Below, in pieces: positions 28,716 through 41,204 of a stretch of 64,000 nt of DNA (within the stretch, counting starts at the first letter, position 1; each line of letters begins with the position of its first letter). The stretch lies in assembly GCF_009914755.1 (NCBI RefSeq), contig NC_060947.1. The stretch is one strand, 5' to 3'. A program made the translations under genes and the position numbers. The DNA is from the human T2T-CHM13v2.0 reference genome, Homo sapiens. The notes beneath the pieces are model-generated. The model did no database searches. It was not told the DNA's origin and was given only the letters and a program-made list of their open reading frames with translations.

Positions 28716-30701
28716 AGCATTATGTTTAAATATTTTGTAGTATTTTATCTTCTGGGAATCCAGGGACATTTCAAACACTCAGCTGATGTGCAATTTCAAT
28801 GTTAACCTTGAGGACTAAAAAATGGGATAAGAAAGCAAATTGATTCAATCAAAAGAGGTTATTTTTGTGCAGGAAAATGGTTAACAGAGAGAGGTCATTG
28901 CTGCTATGGATTTGACTTTGGTTGTCTTCACTTTGATCCATGTCAGTCTATATCAGCCCTCTCTGCAATTTATTTTCTATATAGGTAGATTATGTACTAC
29001 CTTTTCTTGCCATTCCTGAAAAAAAATCATACAGGAGTTGATGAATATTTCCACTAGTGCTTTGGATTCTAATATCTCATGCCACTGGTTTCCACTAATC
29101 GTGATACAGACCCAGTGCTACATTTCTCAAGTAATACAAGAGGGGTTCAGAGAACCCATAGACTAGAAGAAAATGGCTACAAAGTGACATAAAGCTATGG
29201 TAACATTAAGGTTTGCCTATGGAGTTAATTCAGGAAAGATGAAATGAAGGTCAGTATTCTTACACTTATCATAAAGAAATAAGCTAAACAGAATATTTTT
29301 AAAGCCACAAAACCTGGTGAAGGGCAAAGAATATTGGGCTTGACATACAATTATAAATGATTCATTTTGACTTTTTATAGTTTAATCATGTATAAAAGTT
29401 TATTTTAACAGATCAAACAGCCTATTTAAAATGTTGTCAATGTGCCAACATGAAAATGTGTCTCTATTTCTTCTTCATCTATAAAATGGAAAAGACAGTA
29501 CGAGACCTTTCTATCTTATCTTACAAGACTGCTAAGAGAAGTAATTAAGCAAACAAAATATAAATATGCTGAGTTTTAATGCTTCAAATCGGCCGCACAC
29601 TGCTATGTCGGTTAAAATGATTTTAAGACTGTGAGTTCAATGCATATATTTGTATAGGGAATATCTGAGTAATGACAATGGTAATCTCAGAGTCATTTGA
29701 TTTTTGGTAATTTTAAAGTTTCTTACTTGTATTTCTATTTTTCTATAAAAAATAATTTTTTTCAAAAATAAAGGGGGTAATTAACGATTAAATTACTGCA
29801 CTTGAGTTAATTTTATAAAAATGTTGATCATGTTTCTTATTTAAAATGATATTTGAAAATAGTTCACAAATTTAAAAATCATGAAAACATTGACTGTAAC
29901 AGAATAATTATATAGCTGGTGATATATTTGGGAAAATATTTAGAATGATAACTTTATTTAAATGAACTAATTTTATACATAACCAAAGATCACACAAGAG
30001 TAACAAGATGTTACTGAACTTCATGCTAAGCCTAAATAGTTTACATAATTGGAAAATAATTAAGTGTGATATACAGAGGCCATGAGGTATGATTTCATAT
30101 ATGATATTCAGCTCCTATATTGTAGGTCTTTGTTTACAACCATATTTATGTTTACATTTATGACTTTCACATTAAAATTGTATTTATAAATTTAAATACA
30201 TTCATCAGATAATAGGAACGGTTTCACTCAATTTGAGTTTTAAACCCACCGCAAGCTTACTGAGAAGATCTTTACAGACCACTGGAATGTCACTATGGAT
30301 CTTGATAAACAGATAACTGACAAGTTGCTAACTTTTTCTTCATTTTAGGCATGGCCTTTGCATAACGCAGGAGTAGCAACAGTAAACACAACTCAGTGAA
30401 TATTGTATTTGTTTAGATTGCTTAGCTAAATACATACACTTATATTTTTATTATGTATATTATATATATTGTACATATATTTTCATAGTTTATGCCAAGA
30501 TATATTTCCCTTTTCTCCTGGTTACTGGTGGCCTTAGATACACTAAGTAGAAGAAAGCTGATCAAACTCTATAGAACAAAATGAAGGTCTCCAGGGGTTT
30601 ACTCAAGTAAAATCTAAACTAAGAATGATGCAGGGTATTGTACTACTTCTTTATAGATACATGCAACCTAAAATAGTCATTTCAAAACTCATGACTTAGT
30701 A

Positions 30702-30908
30702 GGTGGTAATTTTGATTTCATTGATGGTATATTAGATTCAGCAAGTTATGTGTCTAATTTAGAGGGTTAGATTTTTGGTTCAAGAGTTGAAGTATCAGAT
30801 TTATGCAGGAGACTTAATTCAGCAGATGATATACCTTACTCAGTGCATGATGAATCTGATATAGAAGGTGATATATTTAATTCAATAGCTAATATATCAG
30901 AATCAAAT
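30702..30908. repeat. degenerate 21-nt tandem array (about 10 units)
   Basis: Units such as gatggtatattagattcagca, ggtgatatatttaattcaata, gctaatatatcagaatcaaat in 21-nt register, one unit of 18 nt. Confidence 0.7.
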
Positions 30909-31114
30909 GTGATTCATTTTTTCCAGCGAGTAATTAATATTACTCATAACTGATTTATCTATTTTAGCATGAAGTGTGTTCTGTAAGTTATTTATTTAGG
31001 TATATGAGATATAAATTATATTACTAATATAGATTTTCATTGCAAAGTAGTTCAGAAATTCCTGATTACCACCTTCTTGTTACTCCATTTCATACATTTT
31101 TAAATTATGTTTTC

Positions 31115-31329
31115 AGAGACCACCTACTTCAGAAGAATCAGAAATGCTTATTAAACTTGTAGCTTCTTTAAATCCACCACAGACCTAATAAGGAACAGGG
31201 CTAACTGAATATTTAACGAGGGCCCATGGTAATTTTTTTTTCTTCTTACCCTCTCCCTTCCATTTTAAAGATTCATGGTAATTTTTATGCACAGTGAAAT
31301 TGTATGCTTTATGAAATTTGAAAACTCTG
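31115..31329. mobile_element. MER5-like hAT MITE remnant
   Basis: gaccacctacttcagaagaatc...gcttattaaac...ccacagacctaata...aaatttgaaaactctg. Confidence 0.5.
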
Positions 31330-31639
31330 ACATGTTAGAAACAGGATGCATCAAATACAGAAAAATATGATGTTCTTCTGAACACAAAAAACAAATTTAT
31401 GATACATCTTAAACTTGATGTTTCCTTTGTTGTAATTATCACAACACTTCATCTTTTGTAAATATTGCCTCTAATACAAGATGTAAAAATTGATTAGTGT
31501 CTGCCCTTAAGTAATAAAGTAAACTTGTCACCTCTCCCTGTGGCCTGAACAAAATATTGGATATACTCACAGTTTGACAAGCAAAGCTTGCATTTCAGAG
31601 CATAGAAGAAAATAGTCGCTTTTTTTAACATGGATAGTT

Positions 31640-31875
31640 GTGGTTTCAGACAACCCTATGTGTACATTTATGGTCATCATGAGTGTTCTTCACTATTTCA
31701 TACTCTTTTACTTCCATGGTTGTGTTAGAAATACGTTTTCTCAAATACTTTTAAGTTATGTAAAGCCATGTGACTTGGCTTGGGCAATGAACTATGAGCA
31801 GAACTGATGTATATCAGTTATAGGTAGAAGCTTTAACAGCCAGTATGTGTATGTTTCCCATCCTTTCCCCTTCCT
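31640..31875 (+). mobile_element. MLT1-type LTR fragment
   Basis: agccatgtgacttggcttgggcaatgaactatgagcagaactgatgt...gtagaagctttaacagccag. Confidence 0.55.
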
Positions 31876-32039
31876 AATGAAGGTATTTATTTGGATTATT
31901 TTGTCTCTTTGAACACTGTATATTGTATATGTGTGGGAGGTAGATCATTTTTCTTTATATTCCATAGGTCTTCAGATAAGGAGGAGTCATATCTGGATCT
32001 GATATCGGGAATCCTGTGCCTGACTCAGAGATCTTGGAT

Positions 32040-32569
32040 TTTGAGCTCCACACAGTCACCAGATGAGATTTCTGTGTTGCTCTCCCTGGGCAAGAAGTGA
32101 TAATATTCTGTGTGAATAAAGGGAGTGAACTGAATTTTCTGTGACCAAAAGGGCAGACTGTGGTAGTCATTATTGTTATTCACCATTTACCTTTGGCTCT
32201 CCTCATTAGGTTCAGTCACACAATGAGATTGTACTTCCCCAACCCCGCAAAGTTCATCATGGCCACTAGACTGGCTGTAACCAATGAAATGTGAGGAGAC
32301 ATGCTGCATTTTATCTCTTAGTGAAATCTTTGGGAGGTAGTGCGTTTTTCCATGTTCTCTTTACCTTCATCTCAATTGTTTGCAGCATCCTGAATGGTAG
32401 CTCCTCTTTTAAGCCTTGGTCTCAGGGTAGACAAAATGTAACACAGCTCCTAGCCAACCTGTGAAACACATGTACTATGAGGAAAAAATAAACCTTTATT
32501 GCTTTAAGTAAATGAGGTCTTAAGATTTCTTGGTATTGGAACAAAAATCAGTCATTCCTGATCAGCACA
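32040..32569 (+). mobile_element. MaLR internal 3' end with polypurine tract, then an MLT1I-like LTR (32159-32569)
   Basis: ...ccaaaagggcagac|tgtggtagtcattattg...aaataaacctttattgctttaag...cctgatcagcaca. Confidence 0.75.
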
Positions 32570-33139
32570 CAGCATAAAAAAATCTTCTAAAAATGTTGCA
32601 TAATGGTTTAATGTTTTGCTACAGATATATTTATACATAGCCCACTTTTGATCAGTTGAGTGACCTCATGATAAATATATCTGGGCATTTAATTCAATTT
32701 CTCTCTATACTGCCCATTTATTAGGTATATCACTTATTAGCATTTTCATGAAAGTTGGGAAGAAGAAATGGTGTTTGAATTAGTTACTTTCTCTATATGT
32801 TGGCAGCTTCTCTAAAATGTCTTCAGGAAAAGATTTTAAATTTTGGCTGTAGTAAAAATATAAAAGGTCTAGAAATTTCTATTACCCATGCTATTTCTTA
32901 GAAAAACAGAAGTTTACAATTAGGTTTTTTTGTGTTCTTATTAGGGAGATGTTGCTAGCCCTGGGACTGTAGTCGTATCTCCACTTTATTTACTATTATA
33001 ACTTAATGAGATGTTAGCATCGTTATAAATTATTCTTTATAGTTAATTGTATGAGATTATATTAATTTCCATCAGCTACTGTTCCACTTAATAGAGGATA
33101 TGCAGCTACAGGTAGCAAAAGTTACCTAAATAAAGGGCC

Positions 33140-33467
33140 AGGAAAGTATAGCCATAGGATAAATCTGGCTTTCTACTTATTTTTCTGCAGTGTTCAATCT
33201 AAGAATGATTGTTACATCTTTAAGTGGTTGAAGAAAAAGCTCTTAAAGAATTTTTTGACACATTAAAATTAGATGAAATTCAAATTTTATGTCAATAAAT
33301 TAATTTTATTAGAACATATCCATGCCCATTCATTTATATATTGTATCTGGTTACTTTCACACTACAATGACAGAGATGAATAATAGTTTGCAACAGAGAC
33401 AGTGTGGTCTATAAAACTTAAAACAGTTACTATCATCCCCTTTACAGAAAATGTTTGCCAACTCCTG
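33140..33467 (-). mobile_element. MER58B (hAT-Charlie)
   Basis: Terminus tttacagaaaatgtttgccaactcctg; internal catgcccattcatttatatattg. Confidence 0.85.
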
Positions 33468-34059
33468 CTCTAAATGATGAATGTTTTCACTGTTCGTAAT
33501 CAAATAAACTGAATATTTTGTGATGACATTTTATTTTTAAAGCTAGAAATTGATTGCTGATACCTGTTTTTTGTAATAATTGGGATTTAAAATTAATCTC
33601 GTATCACCATTTAATTTTGATTCCTTAAATATAACAAACAATCAGCAACAGTAGATTTTAGAGGAATCATAATAAAATTGTCTTTGATATTACTGTATTT
33701 CCAGCACAATGTTTTAATATTAAGAAGGAAATCCTCAGAGAACCTAGAAGTCTTTAATTTTGCTTGTGCAAATATTTGAAATTTATGTTTTCTTTTGCTT
33801 ATTTTGAAATTATAATTGAATTAAATTATCTTGTACAACTCAATGTGAATATATTGCAATAATAGCATTTTTATTTTTTTAAAAGATTGAACATATTGTG
33901 TAAGGCCTTGATTTGCCTACATGCAAGAAAAAAAGTTAGTAGTAATATATTTGAAGTTAAGAACAGCAAAAATAGATAATTCTAATGCTAAATAGCCTCT
34001 ATTCTGTTTGAAAACTGGTTTAAATTTCTTACTTGAAAAGTATGTGGAAAAAGCAAATG

Positions 34060-36905
34060 ATTTAATTATTGTATATGGCATAAGACAAGGGTTCGCTTTT
34101 ATCTTTTTGCATGTGGATATCAAGATTTTCCAACACCATTTATTGAAGAAAATTTCCCTTCCTCACGTGTATCCTTGACACCTTTGTGAAAGATTAGTTA
34201 AACATGCCTTTTTGGATTTAATTCTGGGCTCTCTATTCTGTTCCATTGGTCTATGTGTCTGTGTTTATGCCTGTACCATACTCCTTGATTACTTTGTAAT
34301 ATAGTTTGAAAAAATGAAGTGTGATGCCTCCATCTGTGTTTTTCCCTCTCGAATTTGCTTTGGCTATTCAGGATCTGTTGTGGTTCCATACAAGATTTAA
34401 AATTGTTTTTCTACTTCTGCAAAAAATAGACATTGAACTTTTGATAAGGATTGTATTGAATCTGTAGCTCACTTTTAGTAGTATAGACTTTTCAACAATA
34501 TTAATTCTTCTAATTCATGAATGCAGACTATCTTTCCATTTATTCATGCCTTCTTCCATTTCTTTTATCAATGCTTTATAGTTTTCAATGTACAGATCTT
34601 TCACCTCTTTAGCGATGCTGTTATAAATGGGATTTTTTTTGGTTTTTAATTTCAGACAGTTTCTTTTTAGTGTATAGACACATAACAAATATTTGTGTGT
34701 TAGTTTTGTATTTTTCAACTTTACTGAATTCACTTATTAATTCTGACAGTTCTGTGGTGGAGTATGTAGGGTTTTTTATATAGAACATCATTCATCTGCA
34801 AACAGAAGTTAATTACTTATTTTCCCAATTGGGTGATTTTTTTACACCATATACAAAATTTAACTAGAAATTGATTAAAGGCTTAAATGTAATGTCAGTA
34901 ACTGTAAAACTCCTAGAAGAAAGCATAGAGAAAAAGTTCCTTGACATTTTTCTCGGCAATGGATTTCTTTAAAATAACACCAGAAGCAGAGGAAGCAAAA
35001 GCAAAAATAAGCAAGTAGTCCTACAATAAACTAAAAAGCTTCTACACAGCAAAGGAAACAGTCAGCAAAATGAAAAGGAAACCTACAGAATGAGAGAAAA
35101 CTTTTGCAAATCGTATATCTGATAAGCATTTAATATCCAAAGTACATAAATAACTCAAGTAACTCAATAGCAAAAAAAAACAAAAAAATCAAATAACCTT
35201 ATTGAGAAGACATACAAATGACAACAGGTAAATGAAAATGTGCCCACTATCACTAATTATCAGGGAAATTCAAATAAAAACCACAGAGATATCACAACAT
35301 GCCTGTTAGAATGGCTATTATCAAAAAGACAAGAGATGATGTGTTGATGAGGGTGTGAAAAAAGGGAACACTTGTACACTGTAGGTGGGAATGTAAATTA
35401 GTACAGTCATTGAAAACAGTGTGGAAGTTTCTCAAAAATGAGAAATAAAGCTACCATTCTATACAGCAATCCCACTTATTGGTATGTACCCAAAGGAAAT
35501 GCATTCATTGCGGCACTATTTGCAATAACGAAGATACAGAAACAACCTGTTTCCATCAACAAATAAATGAATAAATAAATCAGGGTATATATATGTGTGT
35601 GTGTGTATATATATATAAAATATATATACACATATGTATATGTGTATACATGTAATATATACATATATGTATATGTGTGTATATATTACATATGTGTATG
35701 TGTCTATATGTTACATATGCGTATATATGTATATATGTGTGTATATATATATACACACATATTTACATGTATATATACACACAATAAAATAATATTCAGT
35801 GATAAAATAAAGGAAATCCTGCCATTTGCAGCAACATGGATAGAACTAGGGGTCATTCTATTAAGTGGAAGTGAAATAAGCCAAGCACAGAAAACAAATA
35901 TTTCATGTTATCACTCATGTGGGATCTAAAAACCTGTATCTCATGAAGATAAAGTAGATTGGTGGTTACTAGAGGTTGGAAGGGAAAAGGTGAGGGATGA
36001 ATGAAGGGAAACAGAAGAACATAAATGTATTTATCACCACTGAACTTTACACTTAAAATTGGTAAACATTGCAAATTATCTGTATATATATGTATCTCAA
36101 CAAACAATAAATTTTAAAAAATTATAAAAGGAAATGCAAATCAAAACCACAGTATCACCTCACACGTATTATTATATCCATTATCCATTATCAAAAAGAC
36201 AAGAGATACATGTTGGTAAGGGTGTGGAGAAAGAGAACCCTTCTATACTGTTGGTGGGAATGTAAATTGATACAATCATGGAAAACAGTATGGATATTTC
36301 TCAAAAAATTAGAAATAGAACTACCATATAATATAGCAATTTCACTTCTGGGTATATACCCAAAGGAAAAGCAGTCAGTATCTCAAAGAGATTTCTGCAC
36401 CCTCATGTTCATTGTAGAATTGTTTGCAACAGCCAACATGTGGAAACAGCCTAAGTATCCACTGCCTAATGAATCAATGGAGAAATCACGGTACATATAC
36501 ATAATGGAATATTATTCAGCCATGGAAACGAAGGAAATCCTGCCATTTGCAAAAACGTGGATGAACCTTGAAGACATTATTCTAAGTGAAATTAACCAGA
36601 CACAGAAAGGCAAATACTATATCATTTCATTTAAATGTGGAATCTAAAAAAATATAACTTACAGAAGCAGAAAGAATGGTGATTGCCAGGGCCTGGAGAT
36701 TAAGGGGAAATGGTGAGATGTTGGTCCAAGGGTACAGACTTTCGGTTATAAGATGAACAAGTTCTGAGTGTCTAAGGTACAGCATGATAGATGTGTTAAT
36801 TAATTTGAGTGTGGTAATCATACAAAGCATTTGTATCAAATTATCATGTTGCTTACCTTGAACAAATACAATCTTTATTCATCCATTAAATATTTAAAAT
36901 AAAAA
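34060..36905 (+). mobile_element. L1MA element with inverted 5' segment (34060-34840, minus) and two tandem 3' ends (35262-36120, 36128-36905)
   Basis: Minus ORF2 pieces 34198..34389 and 34515..34733; strand flip at ~34842; plus ORF 36210..36647. Confidence 0.8.
35587..35782. repeat. compound (TA)/(TG)/(CA) microsatellite
   Basis: Alternating purine-pyrimidine tract. Confidence 0.95.
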
Positions 36906-37294
36906 GGCAAGGAACCACTAAACAAGAAAGTAATCACTAAAAACAGTGAAATATTTGATAGGGTAAAATTATTTTTCAGTTACTTTTCCTCTAGATCATC
37001 CATTTAAATGATAGATTCAAGGAGAAATAAGTAAGCATTTACAACAAACAATATTCCAAGTTTTATGCTTCTAAACATGAAATTAAACTTTATACTAGTG
37101 TCTCTGTTCTTAATTAAGAGGCTAAACATTTTATTAATCAAAAGCAGCATGCTTCATTAGGAGAAACATTCAGTTCAACTTAAACAAGTGTTTGAGCCTT
37201 ATGTTACTTTAGGGAGACATATCTTTCAGTTAGTTTACTTGTATAAGGAGAATATCCATACCTGTTTTACCCATCTCAAAGGTGAGAAGAGAAA

Positions 37295-37600
37295 TAACAT
37301 TTATTAAGCAGCTACTAAATGCCAGGCATTTTTCTATGCATTTTATAAACATTATGTCATCTAATCTTCAAAAGAGACATGCAAAATAGAAAGTATTCTT
37401 ATTTTGCTTATAGCAAAATACAGTACAGAAAAGGCAGATAACAGTAAAATTGAGTTAGAAGAAAAAAGTCTTGGTGCCAGGCAAATCTTACTTTGAATCA
37501 TATCTATGCCATATGCTAGCTTTGTGACTTAGAGAAATTTGACTTAAATTTTGTTATCCTCTTTCTTTATCTATAAAAACAAGGTAAACCTACCTATAAT
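37295..37600. mobile_element. two adjacent MIR fragments (minus then plus)
   Basis: acatttattaagcagctactaaatgccaggca (minus); gctagctttgtgacttagagaaatttgacttaa...tctataaaa (plus). Confidence 0.55.
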
Positions 37601-37609
37601 AGAGCATGT

Positions 37610-38100
37610 TTGGTTACAGGTACCAAACTAGTTTAAATTGAAAAGACATTATCATAGGAATCTATAAGGAATTTTCACAACCCAATTTCTTTGAATACCT
37701 CTCCCAGCTCCCCTCACCACTATTCTGTCTTCCAACTGCCACATATTGTGTTCTTACTGATTCCCTCTCTGCAGCTATTGCTTTTCCTGCTACTCTATAC
37801 TGAATTGACTTCTGTGGATGCATATAGCTAAAATAACTGACAGTTCAGCCTTCATAAGCTTACACCTCCAGTATTTACCAAAATTTTTATAAATTTTGAC
37901 TTTTATTTCAGTTAATGACAGAGATAATCTGATTGGCTTATTTTGAGTTAAGAATCCGTTACTTGTTCAATCAGTGGTAACTAGGGACCAGGGTCACCTC
38001 ATACAAAGGACCCTACATAAATCTGTCCCTTTATTGGAAATTGTGGGAAACCATTTCCAGATAATAAAGATAAATGCTTGATTAGCACATCAAATATATC
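37610..38100 (-). mobile_element. old MLT1 (K/L-like) LTR remnant
   Basis: ttggttacaggtaccaaactagtttaaa...gagataatctgattggctta...ttcaatcagtggtaactaggg. Confidence 0.45.
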
Positions 38101-39848
38101 TGTTAACCATATCCTTTGGCCCATTGTAAGTATTCAAAGTAATATAACATGTCTCACATAGAAAATGCTTAAAACATTTTAACTATTGCTGTTACTTTAG
38201 TATCAATACAGGAGGCCCATTTAAATAGCTTATATTGAGGACCTGCCATGTATCAAATGCATTATTGACATTGTCTTATTTAATCCAGTACCTTCCACAT
38301 TGCCTGGCAGATTAAAAATTTAATAGTTGTTGGATTATACAAGTTATCAAAACAAGCATTGAAGTGTAAACTTTATTACCCAAAAATTACAGAAGACATA
38401 ATGAGAGCTTATAATCAAATGATGTTGAATGTATATTTTGCAGCTCTTGGATGAAATATTCTATAAATATCTATTAGATTCACTTGGTCTATAGTACGAA
38501 TTAAGTCTAATGTTTGTTGATTTTCTCTCTGGAAGATCTGTCAAATGCTGAAAGTTGATTGTTGAAGTCTCCATCTATTATTGTATTGAGGTCTGTCTTT
38601 CGCCTTAGCTCCAATAACATTTACTTTACACATCTGGGTGTTCCAGGGTTGGGTGCATATAAATTTAAAATTTGTATATTCTCTTGCTGAATTTACTCCC
38701 TTATTATCATATGGTGACCATTTTTGTCCCTTCTTATAGTTTTTGTTTTGAAATCTATTTTGTCTGATATAAGTGCCATGAGTCCTGCTCATTTCTGGTT
38801 TCCAATGGTATAGAATAATTTTTCTATCCCTTTATTTTCAGTCTATGTGTCTTTATAGGTGAACTGTGTTTATTGTAGGCAACAGATAAATACTTCCTGT
38901 TTTTCATCCATTCAGCCAGCTGATGGCTTTTGATTGGAGAGTTTTACCCATTTACATTCAATGTTATTATTGACGAATGAACACTTACTCCTGCGATTTT
39001 GTTATTTGTTTTCTGGTTCTTTTATGGTCTTCACTTCCTTCTTTCTTTCCTTTCTGTCTTCCTCTAGTGTAGGTAATTTTCTCTGGTAATTTTATTTAGT
39101 TTCTTGCTTTGTATTTTTTGTATCCATTGTTTGTTTTTTGCTTTGAGATTACCACGAGGGTTGCAAATGCTATTTTGTAACTCCGGTATTTTAAACTGAT
39201 AACAACTTAGCACTATTTGCAAAAGCAAACAAATTAACAAGCAAAAGAAAAACTAATAATAACTCTATGCCTTAACTTCATCCCCCACCCCCAGCTTTTT
39301 AACTTTTTGTTGTTTCTATTTATATCCTATTGTACTATGTCTTGAAATATTTTTAGTTATTATTTTTTTCATTGTTTACTCTTCCTGCTTAGGATAAGAG
39401 TAGTTTACATACCACAGTTACAGTGTTATAACATTCTATGTTTTTTTGTGTACTTACTATGACCAGTAATTTTTTGTGCCATCAGGTAATTATTTATTGC
39501 TCATTAATGTCCTTGTATTTCTGATTGAATTATTCCCTTTAGCATTTCTTGTAGAACAGGTCTGGTATTGATGAAATCCCTCAGCTTTTGTTTGTCTGGG
39601 AAATGCTTTATTTCTCCTTTACATTTGAAGAATAATTACACCAGATATACTACTCTAGAGTAAAAGTTTCTTTTTGTTTTTTTTCTTTAGTACTTTAAAT
39701 ATGTCATGCTACTGTCTTCTGGCCTATAAGGTTGCCACTGAAATGTCTGCTGACAGTCATATTGGAGCTCCATTATATGGTACTTCTTTTTTTCTCCTGC
39801 TGCTTTTAGGATACTTTCTTTATCTTCGATGTTTGGGAGTTTGTTTAT

Positions 39849-41204
39849 TTATTTTATGTATTTATTTTTATTTTACTCTAAGTTCTGGGAAACATCATCC
39901 TGATACCAAAACCTGGCAGAGACACAACAAAAAAAGAAAATTCAGGCCAATATCCCTAATGAACATCAATGTGTAAATTCTCAATAAAATACTGGAAAAC
40001 CAAATCCAGAAGCAAATCAAAAAGCTTATCCACCATAATCAAGTCGACTTCATCCCTGGGGTGCAAGCATGGTTCAACATACGCAAATCAATAAACATAA
40101 TCCATCACATGAACAGAACCAATGATAAAAAACACGTGATTATCTCAATAGATGCAGAAAAGGCCTTCGATAAAATTCAACATCCTTTCATGTTACAAAC
40201 TCTCAATAAACTAGGTATTGATGGAACATATCTTAAAATAATAAGAGCTATTTATGAAAAACCCATAGCCAATATCATACTGAATGGGCAAAAGCTGGAA
40301 GCATTCCCTTTGAAAGCTGGCACAAGACAAGGATGCCCCCTCTCACCACTCCTATTCAACATAATATTGAAAGTTCTGGCTAGGGCAATCAGGCAAGAGA
40401 AAGAAATAAAGGGTATTCAAATAGGAAGAAAGGAAGTCAAATTGTCTCTGTTTGCAGATGACATGATTGTATATTTAGAAAACCCCATCATCTCAGCCCA
40501 AAAATCCCTTAAGCTGATAAGCGACTTCAGCAAAGTCTCAGGATACAAAATCAATGTGCAAAGATCATAAGCATTCCTATACACTAATAATACGTAAGCA
40601 AAGAGCCAAATCATGAGTGAACTCCCATTCACAATTGCTACAAAGGAGTAAAATACCCATGAATACAACTTACAAGGGACGTGAAGGACCTCTTCAAGGA
40701 GAACTACAAAACCACTCTTCAAGGAAATAAGAGAAGACACAAAAAAATGGAAAAACATCCATGCTCATGGATAGGGAGAATCAATATCATGAAAATGGCC
40801 ATACTGCCCAAAGTAATTTATAGATTCAATGCAATTCCCATCAAGCTACCGTTGACTTTCTTTGCAGAACTAGAAATAACTACTTTAAATTTCATATGGA
40901 ATCAAAAAAGAGCCCATATAGCCAAGACAATCCTAAGCAAAAAGAACAAAGCTGGAGGCCTCAAGCTACATGACTTCAAACAACACAGCAAGGCTACAGT
41001 AACCAAAACAGCATGGTACTGGTACCAAAACAGATATATAGACCAATGGAATAGAACAGAGGCCTCAGAAATAACACCACACATCTACAACCATCTGATC
41101 TTTGATAAACTTGACAAAAATAAGCAATGGGGAAAGGATTCCCTGTTTGAAAACAGAAACTGGACCCCTTCCTTACACCTTATACAAAAATTAACTCAAG
41201 ATTT
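39849..41204 (-). mobile_element. 5'-inverted L1PA7-like insertion: ~45-bp 3' end (minus) plus 1.3-kb inverted ORF2 (39893-41201, plus)
   Basis: T-rich tail then ttttactctaagttctgggaaacat; TSD gagtttgtttat (39837-39848 / 41205-41216). Confidence 0.88.
40061..40570 (+). pseudogene. L1 ORF2p reverse-transcriptase remnant
   Basis: [33 protein letters not shown] motifs; truncated element. Confidence 0.85.

Noticed and set aside
29211-29249. 39-nt exon-like segment (ttaag|gtttgcc...gaag|gtcagt)
   Set aside because: Poor pyrimidine tract and stops in all three frames.
35597-35929. 110-aa Tyr/Ile/Val/Cys-rich ORF
   Set aside because: Translation of a TA/TG microsatellite plus L1 sequence.
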